NCBI GenBank assembly: GCA_964453335.1
Contig: CAYVOK010000004.1
Location: 14,682 to 78,681, forward strand
Length of the DNA: 64,000 bases
Direction of reading: 5' to 3'
DNA from: an uncultured Acidimicrobiaceae bacterium
GTDB lineage: Bacteria; Actinomycetota; Acidimicrobiia; Acidimicrobiales; CAIXPF01
Shown: one piece after another, positions 37,887-47,395 of the stretch
How positions within the stretch are numbered: position 1 is the first letter of the stretch
How the letters are laid out: each line of letters starts with the position of its first letter
The notes under the pieces: model-generated
What the model was told of the DNA's origin: nothing
Seen by the model: only the letters and a program-made list of their open reading frames with translations
Databases searched by the model: none
Position numbers and translations under genes: made by a program

Positions 37887-38668
37887 GCGAGCGGTGCGAA
37901 GTTCGGCAGGCGGTTCTCGAGGAAGCTCGAGACGCCCTCCTTGAAGTCGTTCTGCTTCAAGGAGTGCTTCATCGCCCCGTCGGCCATCTCGTTCGACTCG
38001 GCCATCACCTGTTGCAGGCCGTGCCAGACCTGGCGCTTCATGACCGCCATCGACGACGGCGACACCCGCTCGACGAGCTCCTTCGCGTACGCCCGCACGT
38101 CGTCCATCAGCGAGTCGGCGGTCGACACGAAGTTGACGAACCCCATCCGGTGCGCCTCCTCGGTGAGGATCACGCGACCCGACATGAGCAGGTCGAGGGC
38201 GTTCGACGGGCCCACGAGCCGCGGGAGCACCCAGCCGATGCCGTGTTCGGCGATGAGACCCCGACGGGCGAACGCGGTCGTGAACTTCGCACCGCCGACT
38301 GCGAACCGGATGTCGGCCATCGACGCCTGGACCATGCCGAGCCCGGCGCACGACCCGTTGATCGCCGCGATGACCGGCTTCGGGATCGACAGCGTGTACG
38401 TCTGGTGCTCGTCCCGCAGCTTCGTGCCCGACTCGACACCGCCGCGGGATCCGATGCCCTGCAGCATGTCCATGTCGGCGCCCGAGCAGAACCCGCGGCC
38501 GGCACCGGTGATCACGATCACCTTCACCGCGCCGTCGGCGGCCGCCGCGTCGAGATAGGTCCAGAAGTGATGGCCGAGCTCCGCCGTCCACGAGTTCAGC
38601 TTCTCGGGCCGGTTCAGCGTGATCGTCGCGATCCCGTCGGACACGTCGTAGAGCACCACGTCGGACAT
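37880..38668 (-). CDS. enoyl-CoA hydratase/isomerase family
   Basis: 262 aa from ATG 38666-38668 (SD GGAGGG). LNRPEKLNSW...GRGFCSGADM...AAINGSCAGLGMVQASMADIRF. Confidence 0.85.
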
Positions 38669-38737
38669 CTGCCACCCTCCGTCGAACGCCGTCGACCCCC
38701 GTCGACGAAGCGACCACAACCCTACCGGAGTGGCCCG

Positions 38738-38743
38738 TAGGGT
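38738..38743 (+). promoter_or_regulatory. -10 hexamer TAGGGT, 7 nt before the prmA GTG 38751 (leaderless pattern)
   Basis: TAGGGT tctcccc GTG. Confidence 0.4.
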
Positions 38744-38750
38744 TCTCCCC

Positions 38751-39590
38751 GTGACCGACGTCCCCGCAACGGCCGACGACGACCGCCCCGTGCTCCTCAC
38801 CGTCGAGGTCACCGCGGCCACCACAGAGCTCGTCGCCGACGTCCTGTGGGAACACGGCAGCACCGGGATGGAGGAACGCACCGATCGCATCGTCGCCGGG
38901 TTCGCGAACCGACCCGGGGCCGCGGCCGCGGCGGCTGCGCTCGTCGAACGCGGCCTCGCCGAACCCGGGCCCCCCGTCGACGTGAACGACGACACGTGGC
39001 TCGACGGCTGGCGCGCCTACGCACGCGCCCACCGGGCCGGCACGCGGATCGTGCTGCAACCGACGTGGGTCGACCCGGTCCCCCTCGACGACGGTGACGT
39101 CGTCGTGCTGCTCGACCCGGGACGGGCGTTCGGCAGCGGGGCCCACGCGACGACCCGCCTCGTGCTCGCACGGCTCGAGGCACACGTCACGCCGACGACG
39201 ACGGTGCTCGATCTCGGCTGCGGCAGTGGGGTGCTCACCGTCGCGGCGGCCCTGCTCGGCGCAGCCGACGTCGCAGCCGTCGACATCGACCCGGCGGCGC
39301 TGCACGCCACCGCCGAGAACGCCGCACGCAACCGCGTGGCGTGCGAGGTACACGCGGACATCACCGCCGTCGCCGGACGGCGCTTCGACGTCGTCGCGGC
39401 GAACATCGGCGCGAACACGCTCGTCGAGCTCGAACCGGCGCTGCGACCCCACGACCTGGTGATCCTCGCCGGATTCCTCGCCTTCCGCGAGCCCGACGTC
39501 GCAGCCGCGTACGCCGAACGACCGCTCCTCGACCGCAGCGTCGAGGACGACTGGGTGTGCCTCACCTACGGACCCCGCGCCGCGAACTGA
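38751..39590 (+). CDS. prmA: ribosomal protein L11 methyltransferase
   Basis: LDPGRAFGSGAHATTRL...VLDLGCGSGVLTVAAALLGA...VDIDPAAL...VVANI. Start moved from track 38730 to in-frame GTG 38751. Confidence 0.8.
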   Translation: MTDVPATADDDRPVLLTVEVTAATTELVADVLWEHGSTGMEERTDRIVAGFANRPGAAAAAAALVERGLAEPGPPVDVNDDTWLDGWRAYARAHRAGTRIVLQPTWVDPVPLDDGDVVVLLDPGRAFGSGAHATTRLVLARLEAHVTPTTTVLDLGCGSGVLTVAAALLGAADVAAVDIDPAALHATAENAARNRVACEVHADITAVAGRRFDVVAANIGANTLVELEPALRPHDLVILAGFLAFREPDVAAAYAERPLLDRSVEDDWVCLTYGPRAAN

Positions 39591-39691
39591 CGGCCCAGGG
39601 TTGCGCTAGGGGCGCAGGCGTGTAGCTTGTCCGTTCTTGCGCTCCGTGCCGGATCTCCCGGGCTGGGGCACGCACAGGGAGCGGGTGATAG

Positions 39692-40882
39692 TTGGCAGAT
39701 CTCACCACGGGTGCACTCGGTCAGCACACGATCTGCGAGTTCTGGGGTGCGAAGAACCTCGACTCGCCGGAATTGACCGACCGGGCCTTTCGCGAGGCCG
39801 TTTCCGTCGGGGGAGCGACGCTCATCGAGCTGGTGGTCCACCAGTTCGCCCCGCAGGGAGTTTCCGCCGTGGCGGTGATTGCCGAGAGTCACCTCTCGAT
39901 CCACACGTGGCCCGAACTGGGTTACGCGGCGATCGACTACTTCACGTGTGGTGACCACGTCGATGTCGACGGCATCTTCGAGGTACTGCGCAAGGCGTAC
40001 GAGCCCGAGCGGATCGTGAGGCACCAGATGGTCCGAGGCACCACCCCCGAGAGCGCCGCGCTCGCCACGTTCCAGGAGCAGGAACCGAAGAGCCCCTCCA
40101 GCGCCACGTACCCGATGGCCCGAGTGCTCGAGCAGCGGAAGACGCAGTTCCAGGACCTGCTGCTCTTCGAACACCCCACCGCAGGCAAGATCCTCACCCT
40201 CGACGGGATCGTGCAGCTCACCGACGTCGACACGTACGTGTACCACGAGGTGCTCACCCATCCGGCGTTGTGCGCCCACCCGAACCCGCGCACCGTCGCG
40301 GTCGTCGGCGGTGGTGACGCGTTCATCGTCGCCGAGGCACTGAAGCACCCGACGGTGGAGAAGGTCGTCCTTCTCGAACTCGACGAGGACGTCATCGAGA
40401 CGGCTCGCAAGCACTACCCCGTCGCCGCCGCAGCGCTCGCCGACCCGCGGGTCGACGTGCGCCCCGCCGACGCGTTCGAGTCGATCGCTGCGTTCGACGA
40501 CGAGCTCGATGCGATCCTCGTCGACCTGACCGACCCGATCGGCCAGGCCGCGCGACTCTTCGAGGACCCGTTCTACGAGAAGTGCGAACGGGCGCTCCGG
40601 GCCGACGGGATCCTCGTCGCACAGACGGAGTCGGTGCACTTCCACCCGAACACCGTCCGGTCGTGCTTCGAGACGATCTCGCGCCGGTTCCCGCGCACCG
40701 AGATGCTCTGGGGCTCGATCGCCACCTATCCGGGTTCGTTCTGGACGTTCGCGATGGCGACGAAGGGTCTCGACCCGACGATCGCACGCAGCGCCCCGCA
40801 GCTCGACACCCGCCTGTACCATCCCGACGCGCACAGCTGGTTCTTCGTGCCGGCGCCGGTGCGGGCCAAGCTCCTCGCCTGA
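39692..40882 (+). CDS. fused S-adenosylmethionine decarboxylase proenzyme (SpeH/SpeD class 1) and aminopropyltransferase (spermidine-synthase family)
   Basis: 396 aa with a TTG start. N-terminal 115 aa: GQHTICEFWG...HQFAPQGVSAVAVIAESHLSIHTWPE...YFTCG, including the ES/H self-cleavage site. C-terminal part: VAVVGGGDA...LVDLTDPIG..., the SpeE fold. Confidence 0.8.
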   Translation: MADLTTGALGQHTICEFWGAKNLDSPELTDRAFREAVSVGGATLIELVVHQFAPQGVSAVAVIAESHLSIHTWPELGYAAIDYFTCGDHVDVDGIFEVLRKAYEPERIVRHQMVRGTTPESAALATFQEQEPKSPSSATYPMARVLEQRKTQFQDLLLFEHPTAGKILTLDGIVQLTDVDTYVYHEVLTHPALCAHPNPRTVAVVGGGDAFIVAEALKHPTVEKVVLLELDEDVIETARKHYPVAAAALADPRVDVRPADAFESIAAFDDELDAILVDLTDPIGQAARLFEDPFYEKCERALRADGILVAQTESVHFHPNTVRSCFETISRRFPRTEMLWGSIATYPGSFWTFAMATKGLDPTIARSAPQLDTRLYHPDAHSWFFVPAPVRAKLLA

Positions 40883-40890
40883 CCCGGCCA

Positions 40891-40923
40891 CCGCCTCCCG
40901 CACGAGACGCGTGGGGGAGGCGG
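40891..40923 (+). promoter_or_regulatory. strong imperfect hairpin (9 bp + G.G mismatch + 4 bp, 5-nt loop) whose 3' arm contains the SD of the next gene
   Basis: CCGCCTCCC-g-CACG-agacg-CGTG-g-GGGAGGCGG. The ATG of the CoA-transferase gene is at 40925. Could equally be the speDE terminator. Confidence 0.45.
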
Positions 40924-40924
40924 C

Positions 40925-42121
40925 ATGGCAGGACCACTCGAGGGCATCAAGGTCGTCGAAGCGGGCCTCTGGCTCGCCGGACCGGCCTGCGCGGCGATCC
41001 TCGCCGACTGGGGTGCCGACGTCGTCAAGCTCGAACCCACCTCCGGTGACCCCTTCCGCGGATTCGCGTGGAACTGGGACGGACGGATGAACCCGCCGTT
41101 CGAGCTCGACAACCGCGGCAAGCGCTCCGTCGCCGTGGACCTCGCACACGACGAGGGGCGCCGGATCGCTCACGACCTGCTCGCCGACGCCGACGTGTTC
41201 GTCACGAACTACCGCCCGGGTGGCCTCGCCCGCCTCGGCCTCGACTGGGCGAGCGTGCACACCCACAACCCGCGCCTCGTCTACGCGAGCATCACCGGGT
41301 ACGGGCTCCGCAGCCCCGACGCCGACCGCGCCGCGTACGACATGGGGGCGTTCTGGTCTCGGGCCGGCGTCGCCGCGTCGCTCACCCTTCCCGGCGCCGC
41401 ACCCCCGTACCAGCGCGGCGGGATGGGAGACCACATGACCGGCCTCGCCGCCGCCGGGGGGATCTGCGCCGCGCTCGTCCGGCGCGGGACGACGGGGACC
41501 GGCGAGCTCGTCGAGACCTCGCTGCTGCGGGCCGGGATGTACCTGCTCGGCACCGACGTGAACATCAACGCCCGCACCGGTGCACCGACGGTGCCGGCGT
41601 CGGTCCGCGCCGCGGTGAACCCGCTGCTGTCCGGCTACGAGTGCGCCGACGGCACCTGGGTGTGGTTGCTCTGTCTCGAAGGCGACCGCCACTGGCCGAA
41701 CGTCGCCGTGGCGCTCGACCTCCTCGACGTGCTCGACGACCCACGGTTCGTCGACATGGCGGGCCGACGCGACAACTCCGCCGAGGTCACCGCAACGATC
41801 CAGTCCGCGTTCCTGCGACGCACCCGCGCCGAGTGGGCACCGATCCTCGACGAGGCGGGCGTGTGGTGGGCGCCGGTGCAGCACACCCACGACCTGCTCG
41901 ACGACCCCGTCGCCGAGGCAGCCGGCGGGTTCGTCGAGGTGCCGCTCGCCGACGGCACGACCGCCCGCATGGTGGCGTCACCCGTCGACTTCGACGGACA
42001 GCCCTCCGCGCCCGGCCGCGCCACGCCGGAACTCGGCGCCGACACCGACGCCGTGCTCGCCGAACTCGGACGTGACCCCGCGACGATCGACGAACTCAGG
42101 CGGGCCGGGGTGATCCGCTGA
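40925..42121 (+). CDS. family III CoA-transferase (CaiB/BaiF/alpha-methylacyl-CoA racemase family)
   Basis: 398 aa. GIKVVEAGLWLAGPACAAILADWGADVVKLEP...DVFVTNYRPG...LVYASITGYG. Confidence 0.85.
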   Translation: MAGPLEGIKVVEAGLWLAGPACAAILADWGADVVKLEPTSGDPFRGFAWNWDGRMNPPFELDNRGKRSVAVDLAHDEGRRIAHDLLADADVFVTNYRPGGLARLGLDWASVHTHNPRLVYASITGYGLRSPDADRAAYDMGAFWSRAGVAASLTLPGAAPPYQRGGMGDHMTGLAAAGGICAALVRRGTTGTGELVETSLLRAGMYLLGTDVNINARTGAPTVPASVRAAVNPLLSGYECADGTWVWLLCLEGDRHWPNVAVALDLLDVLDDPRFVDMAGRRDNSAEVTATIQSAFLRRTRAEWAPILDEAGVWWAPVQHTHDLLDDPVAEAAGGFVEVPLADGTTARMVASPVDFDGQPSAPGRATPELGADTDAVLAELGRDPATIDELRRAGVIR

Positions 42122-43358
42122 GCGAGTTCGTGCGCAGCATGTACAGCGCGAACGCGGCGAGCACACCCGCTGCGATCGTCGCCCCGTTCGCCAGCCAGTG
42201 GTAGCCCCACGCGACCTTCACGAAGCCCGACGCGAACCCCGCCGAACCACCGAGCAGCGACATCAACAGGTCGGCCGAACCCTGCACGCCGACACGCTCC
42301 TCGGTCGGCACCGACTCGGTGAGCAGCGCGCTCCCCGCGATGATGCCGACGTTCCACCCGAGACCGAGCAGGAACAACCCGACGAAGATGAGCGACGGCT
42401 GGTATCCCGCCACGACCGCGGTGATCGTGCCCGCGGCGAGGATCACCCCGGAGGCGAACGCCGAGGGCACCCGCCCGCACCGGTCGACGAGTCGACCGAT
42501 GAACGGCGACAGGCCGTACATCCCGACGATGTGCAACGCAATGACGAACGCCGACAGATCGGCGTGCTGGTGGTCCTTCATGTGCAGCGGCGTCATCGTC
42601 ATCACCGCCACCATCGACGCCTGCGACACCACGTTCGTGACGAGGGCGAGGCGCGCCATCGGGTAGGACCAGATCACCCGCAGGGACCGACCGAGCTGCG
42701 CGAACATCCGCACCCGCGCACCGCCGGTCGGGTCGAGCCCTCCCGCGACGACGAGCGGGTCGGGCCGCAGCCGCACCGAGATGTTGACCGCGGCGAGACC
42801 GAAGAAGATCGCCGAGAACACGAACGGTCCGACGAGCCGGTCGAGACCGATCGCCATACCGAACGCCTTCTCCGGCGGTGACAGGCTCGGCCCGAACACG
42901 GCACCGAGGGTGCCGACCCAGACCACCGTCGAGATGGCCCGGGCGCGACGATCCGGTTCGGCGAGGTCGGCGGCGACGTAGCGGCCCTGCAGGTTCGACG
43001 CCTGACCGGAACCGAACAGGAACATGCCGACGATCAGCAGCGGCAACGACCGCAACTGCCCCGCGACCACGGCGACCGCAGCGCCGGTCATCCCCACGAG
43101 GTACCCGAGCTGCAAGCCCGGACGGCGCCCACGGCGGCGCATCATCCGACTCAACGGCACCGACGCGAACGCCGAACCGAGCGTCAGCATCGCCGACGCG
43201 ACGCCAGCGATGCGGTCGCTCTCGTAGATGTCGGAGGCGAGCAGACCCGCGACGGCGAAGGCGGAGCTCACCGACGCACCGCCGAGCACCTGCCCGGTCA
43301 TGAGAGTTGCGATGGTCCGGCGCTGCACCGCCGGACGGTCGACCGTCGTCGCCGTCAC
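42096..43358 (-). CDS. MFS transporter
   Basis: About 12 hydrophobic helices with an MRRRGRRP loop between TM2 and TM3. The start is the GTG of a GTGA overlap at 43355-43358. Confidence 0.8.
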   Translation of the reverse strand: MTATTVDRPAVQRRTIATLMTGQVLGGASVSSAFAVAGLLASDIYESDRIAGVASAMLTLGSAFASVPLSRMMRRRGRRPGLQLGYLVGMTGAAVAVVAGQLRSLPLLIVGMFLFGSGQASNLQGRYVAADLAEPDRRARAISTVVWVGTLGAVFGPSLSPPEKAFGMAIGLDRLVGPFVFSAIFFGLAAVNISVRLRPDPLVVAGGLDPTGGARVRMFAQLGRSLRVIWSYPMARLALVTNVVSQASMVAVMTMTPLHMKDHQHADLSAFVIALHIVGMYGLSPFIGRLVDRCGRVPSAFASGVILAAGTITAVVAGYQPSLIFVGLFLLGLGWNVGIIAGSALLTESVPTEERVGVQGSADLLMSLLGGSAGFASGFVKVAWGYHWLANGATIAAGVLAAFALYMLRTNSLSGSPRPA

Positions 43359-44209
43359 GCGAACGGCTCGACGAGCTCGCGACCCCACGCCTCGATCTGT
43401 TCGATCGACGCCGCCGGCACGATCATGCGGTGCACCCCGATCTCGATGAGGCGCTCCACGTACCCCGGGTCGGTCTTCCCACCGGTCGTGAACTCGATCG
43501 CCTCCGGGTCACGCCCGTGCGCGGCCGCGGTCTCCTTCACGAGCGAGAAGAGCTCGGCGAGCTCGCGGGGCTTGCCGCGCCCGGGGAAGAACCCGTCGCC
43601 GAGCCGCCCGGCACGCCGTGCCGCCGCCTCGGTGTGGCCGCCGACGATGAGCGGCACCGTGCCGTTCGCCGGGCGGGGGCGGCTGTACACGTTCTCGAAG
43701 TCGAAGAACTTGCCGTGGTGCTCGGCGGTCCCCTCCGCCTCCCACAACGCCTTCATCGCACGCATGGCGTCGTCGGTGCGGGCGCCCCGCTCACGGAACG
43801 GCACACCGAGCGCCCGGAACTCCTCCTCGAGCCACCCGACCCCGATACCGAGCGACATCCGACCGCCGCTCATCGCGTCGAGGGTCGCGACCTCCTTCGC
43901 GAGCACACCCGGGTTGCGCTGCGGGAGGATCATCACGCCCGTCGCGAGCCGGATCGTCGAGGTGACGGCTGCGACCCACGACAGCCAGATCAGCGGATCC
44001 GGGATGGACACGTCCTCCGCGCCCCCGCCGAGCGGCATCTTGCCGCTCTCGTCGTAGGGGTAGGTCGACTGATAGCCCTTCGGGACGAGCACGTGCTCGA
44101 CCGCCCAGATCGACTCGAACCCGGCGCCCTCGGCTGCCTTCGCGAGCTCGGTCGCACCACGACCGGTCGCGTAGTCGCCGAGATTGGCGAACATCACGCC
44201 GAACTTCAT
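43355..44209 (-). CDS. LLM-class F420-dependent oxidoreductase
   Basis: 284 aa from ATG 44207-44209. MKFGVMFANLG...GFESIWAVEHVLVP...ILPQRNPGVLAKEVATLDAMSGGR...GVGWLEEEF. Confidence 0.8.
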   Translation of the reverse strand: MKFGVMFANLGDYATGRGATELAKAAEGAGFESIWAVEHVLVPKGYQSTYPYDESGKMPLGGGAEDVSIPDPLIWLSWVAAVTSTIRLATGVMILPQRNPGVLAKEVATLDAMSGGRMSLGIGVGWLEEEFRALGVPFRERGARTDDAMRAMKALWEAEGTAEHHGKFFDFENVYSRPRPANGTVPLIVGGHTEAAARRAGRLGDGFFPGRGKPRELAELFSLVKETAAAHGRDPEAIEFTTGGKTDPGYVERLIEIGVHRMIVPAASIEQIEAWGRELVEPFA

Positions 44210-44292
44210 CCTCGCCACATCGACCCCCCGGCCCACCCGTCGCTCGACCGGCGACGGACCGCCGCATCGTACCCGGGCGCGCCGGGCGCGGC

Positions 44293-45180
44293 TCAGGCAG
44301 CAGCAGGGGTGGGTACGGTGATCCACGTCGCCGTGGCGAGCGCGTACAGCACACCCGTGGCGTCGACGAGACCGATGTCGGCGAAGATGCGACGGCCGTC
44401 GCGCCGCAGGAACCTCGACGGCAGACGCCAACCACCCGCCGGGCTCGCCGGCGGGACCCGGCAGAACTCGACGTCGTAGGTGCCGAGCAGGACCGCCTCG
44501 TCCTCCGCAAGGACCGGCAGCCCGTAGAAGCTCGGGGTCGACGGACAGTCGAGGGATGCGACCGCGACGACGGTGTCGAGGCGACCGTCGGCCTCGGCGA
44601 ACGACGAGGCGTGCGGGTTCGCCGCCCAGGCGAGGCCGGAGGCGACCGGCTCGGCACCGACCCGGAGGCCGTCGTCGTTCTGCGCACCGCACACGAAGCA
44701 GTGTGCGAAGGGGGAGTCGGGGCCGGGGCGTCGCCACGGGTGGGTGCCCGCGAAGGAGCGCTGCGCAGCATCGGGTTCGGCGAGCCCGACGATCGGTTCG
44801 ATCCGGTCGGGGCCCCACAGCTCCGACGGCAGACCGTCCCGCAACGCGGCCGTCGGGACGAGCTCGACCGCGCCGGTGACGAGGAGCTCGTCGCCGTCGG
44901 ACACCGTCAGGTCGACCACCCCGTCGGCACGGACCGCCACCGTCACGGCGAGGTCGCGCCCCTGGGGGATCCCCTTGTGCAGGCGTGCGGTGAGGCGGCG
45001 CACCGCAGGATCGGGGATCGTGGCGACGCGGCGCGCCACACAGGTGAGCACACCGGCGACGACACCGCCGTTCGCGTTGCCGGGCGGACCCTGGAAGCGG
45101 GGCCCGAACCGCAGCGAGACGTGTCCGTCGTGCTCGACGACGATCTCGCGACACCCGATGCAGTCGTGTGCGACGGCCAT
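44293..45180 (-). CDS. double hotdog-fold thioesterase-like protein (PaaI-type CFVCG motif in the second half)
   Basis: 295 aa from ATG 45178-45180. First half GNANGGVVAGVL; second half FAHCFVCGAQNDDGLRV. Confidence 0.6.
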   Translation of the reverse strand: MAVAHDCIGCREIVVEHDGHVSLRFGPRFQGPPGNANGGVVAGVLTCVARRVATIPDPAVRRLTARLHKGIPQGRDLAVTVAVRADGVVDLTVSDGDELLVTGAVELVPTAALRDGLPSELWGPDRIEPIVGLAEPDAAQRSFAGTHPWRRPGPDSPFAHCFVCGAQNDDGLRVGAEPVASGLAWAANPHASSFAEADGRLDTVVAVASLDCPSTPSFYGLPVLAEDEAVLLGTYDVEFCRVPPASPAGGWRLPSRFLRRDGRRIFADIGLVDATGVLYALATATWITVPTPAAA

Positions 45181-45186
45181 GGCCCG

Positions 45187-45192
45187 ACGGTA
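45187..45192 (-). promoter_or_regulatory. -10 hexamer TACCGT, 6 nt before the hotdog-gene ATG (leaderless pattern)
   Basis: Minus-strand read: TACCGT cgggcc ATG. Confidence 0.45.
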
Positions 45193-45225
45193 GCCGCGGC
45201 CCGGCGGCAGCGTCGCCGGCCTCTC

Positions 45226-45231
45226 TAGGGT
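45226..45231 (+). promoter_or_regulatory. -10 hexamer TAGGGT, 7 nt before in-frame GTG 45239 of the P450 gene (leaderless pattern)
   Basis: TAGGGT gaagggc GTG. The hexamer overlaps the track start at 45230. Confidence 0.4.
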
Positions 45232-45238
45232 GAAGGGC

Positions 45239-46507
45239 GTGACCACCGAGGGACTCGCCGAGATCAACCCGATCCTCCAGGGGTTCTGGACCCGACCGAT
45301 GGCCGAGATCGACGCCGACCTCGCCCGGCTCCGCGCGGAGGAACCCGTCGCGTTCCGACCCGAACCCGAACTACCCGACGGCTTCCCGATCCCACGCGGT
45401 GCCGGGTACTGGGCGGTCACCCGGTACGACGACATCGTTGACATGTCACGGGACACCGAGACGTTCAGCTCCGCGGCCGGCATCACCACGCTCGACCTGC
45501 CCCCGGAGTTCAACGAGTTCTTCAACTCGATGATCGCGATGGACGACCCGCGGCACGCCCGGATGCGCCGCATCGTGTCCGCCGGGTTCACCCCGCGGAT
45601 GCTGCGCCGCCTCGACGCCACGATCGACGACGTCGCCGCCCGCATCGTCGCCGAGGTCGCCCCGAAGGGCGAGGTCGACTTCGTGACCGAGGTCGCCGCC
45701 GCGCTCCCGTTGCGCATCATCTGCGACCTGATGGACATCCCGGCCGACCGCTACGACGAGGTGTTCGACGCGACGAACGTGATCCTCGGCGCCGGCGACC
45801 CGGACTACGTGGCCGACCTCGACGATGCACTCGGTGCGATCCTGCAGGCCGGGGCCGACCTCGCTGCGATCATGGACGAGGTCGCGACGTCGAAGCAGGG
45901 CGGCGACGGCGACGACCTCACGTCGATCCTCGTGAACGCCGAGGTCGACGGTGAGCGACTCACCCGGGCGGAGCTCAACAGCTTCTTCGTGCTCCTCGTC
46001 GTCGCCGGGAACGAGACGACCCGCAACGCGATCTCCTGGGGACTCGAGCTGCTGTCACGGAACCCCGATCAGCGCCGCATCTGGCAGGACGACTTCGACG
46101 GTGTCGCACCGCACGCCGTCGACGAGATCATCCGTCTTGCGAGCCCGGTCGTCTACATGCGCCGCACGGCGACCCGCGACGTGGAACTGCACGGCCGCAC
46201 GATCCGCGCCGGCGACAAGCTCGCGATGTTCTACCTGTCGGCCAACCGGGACGAGGACCACTTCGTCGACCCGTACCGGTTCGACGTCCGCCGCGATCCG
46301 AACCACCACATCGGCTTCGGCGGGCCGGGACCCCATTTCTGCCTGGGCGCACACCTGGCGCGCCGTGAGATCACCGTGATGTTCCGGGAACTGTTCCGGA
46401 CCCTGCCCGACATCGAGACCGCGGGCGAACCGGCGCTGCTGCAGTCGAGCTTCATCCACGGGATCAAGCGGCTCCCCGCCAGGTTCACCCCGCGTCGCGT
46501 CGGCTGA
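45239..46507 (+). CDS. cytochrome P450
   Basis: I-helix VVAGNETT, EIIR (ExxR), heme loop FGGPGPHFCLGAHLAR. Start is either 45230 (track) or 45239 (preferred). Confidence 0.9.
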   Translation: MTTEGLAEINPILQGFWTRPMAEIDADLARLRAEEPVAFRPEPELPDGFPIPRGAGYWAVTRYDDIVDMSRDTETFSSAAGITTLDLPPEFNEFFNSMIAMDDPRHARMRRIVSAGFTPRMLRRLDATIDDVAARIVAEVAPKGEVDFVTEVAAALPLRIICDLMDIPADRYDEVFDATNVILGAGDPDYVADLDDALGAILQAGADLAAIMDEVATSKQGGDGDDLTSILVNAEVDGERLTRAELNSFFVLLVVAGNETTRNAISWGLELLSRNPDQRRIWQDDFDGVAPHAVDEIIRLASPVVYMRRTATRDVELHGRTIRAGDKLAMFYLSANRDEDHFVDPYRFDVRRDPNHHIGFGGPGPHFCLGAHLARREITVMFRELFRTLPDIETAGEPALLQSSFIHGIKRLPARFTPRRVG

Positions 46508-46519
46508 CCGCCGACGCCC

Positions 46520-47350
46520 TCAGTGCTCGACGACGTGGCCGCCGTCGACGTTGTACGCCTGCCCGGTGATCCACGCCCCCTGATCGGAACACAGGAACAC
46601 CGTCATGTAGGCGATGTCCTCACCACGACCAGCACGGCCGAGCGGGATCTCGGTGCGGATCCAGTTGTCCCACGCCGCACCACGGCCGACGTCGTCGAGC
46701 CGGAACGTGTCGATGACACCCGGACAGATCGCATTCACACGGATCCCGTGGGCGCCGACTTCCTGCGCCATCGACGCGGTGAGCGCCTGGATCCCCGCCT
46801 TCGACGCGGCGTACGCCGACGTGTTCGCCGGCAGGGCCTTCCCGGCGATCGACGAGATGTTCACGATCGACCCGCCGTTGCCCGCCTCGACGAGTTTGCT
46901 GCCGAAGACCTTCGACATGAAGAACGTGCCCGTGAGGTTCACGTTCATCACCGTGTTCCACGCGTCGACCTCGAGGTCGATCACGGGCCGCCGGTCCTCA
47001 CCGCGGGCCGCACCGGCATTGTTCACCACGATGTCGACCCGACCGAACCGTTCGATCACCTGGTCCGCGAGCGACTCGACCGCTGCGATGTCGGCGATGT
47101 CGGCGACGAACGGGAGCGCCCGACGACCGAGCGCCTCGACCTCGGCCGCGACCGACGCGATGTCACGCCAACCGGCCGCCTTCTCGTCGTCGGGATAGCG
47201 GTCGGGCGAGCGACCCGTGCCGGTGAGCACGATGTCGCAACCCGCCCGTGCGAGTTCGACCGCGATCGGACGCCCGATCGACCGCATGCGCCCGGCACCG
47301 GTGACGACCGCGACCTTGCCCTCGAGTCCCGTGAGTGCGAAATCCCCCAT
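46520..47350 (-). CDS. SDR-family oxidoreductase
   Basis: 276 aa from ATG 47348-47350. VVTGAGRMRSIG, NNAG, YAASKAG. TACGGT lies 8 nt upstream (47359-47364). Confidence 0.85.
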   Translation of the reverse strand: MGDFALTGLEGKVAVVTGAGRMRSIGRPIAVELARAGCDIVLTGTGRSPDRYPDDEKAAGWRDIASVAAEVEALGRRALPFVADIADIAAVESLADQVIERFGRVDIVVNNAGAARGEDRRPVIDLEVDAWNTVMNVNLTGTFFMSKVFGSKLVEAGNGGSIVNISSIAGKALPANTSAYAASKAGIQALTASMAQEVGAHGIRVNAICPGVIDTFRLDDVGRGAAWDNWIRTEIPLGRAGRGEDIAYMTVFLCSDQGAWITGQAYNVDGGHVVEH

Positions 47351-47395
47351 GGGGCGGCACCGTAGTCGGCAGCGACCCGGACCGGGCCGCCGCAC

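Noticed and set aside
39591-39691. 100-nt leader before the SpeD-SpeE fusion, inspected for a riboswitch (SAM or polyamine-responsive). A possible TTGCGC-16-TAGCTT promoter is present.
   Set aside because: I see only one 6-bp stem (CGTGCC/GGCACG) and none of the conserved cores of the known SAM riboswitch classes. The promoter guess is too weak to list as a feature.
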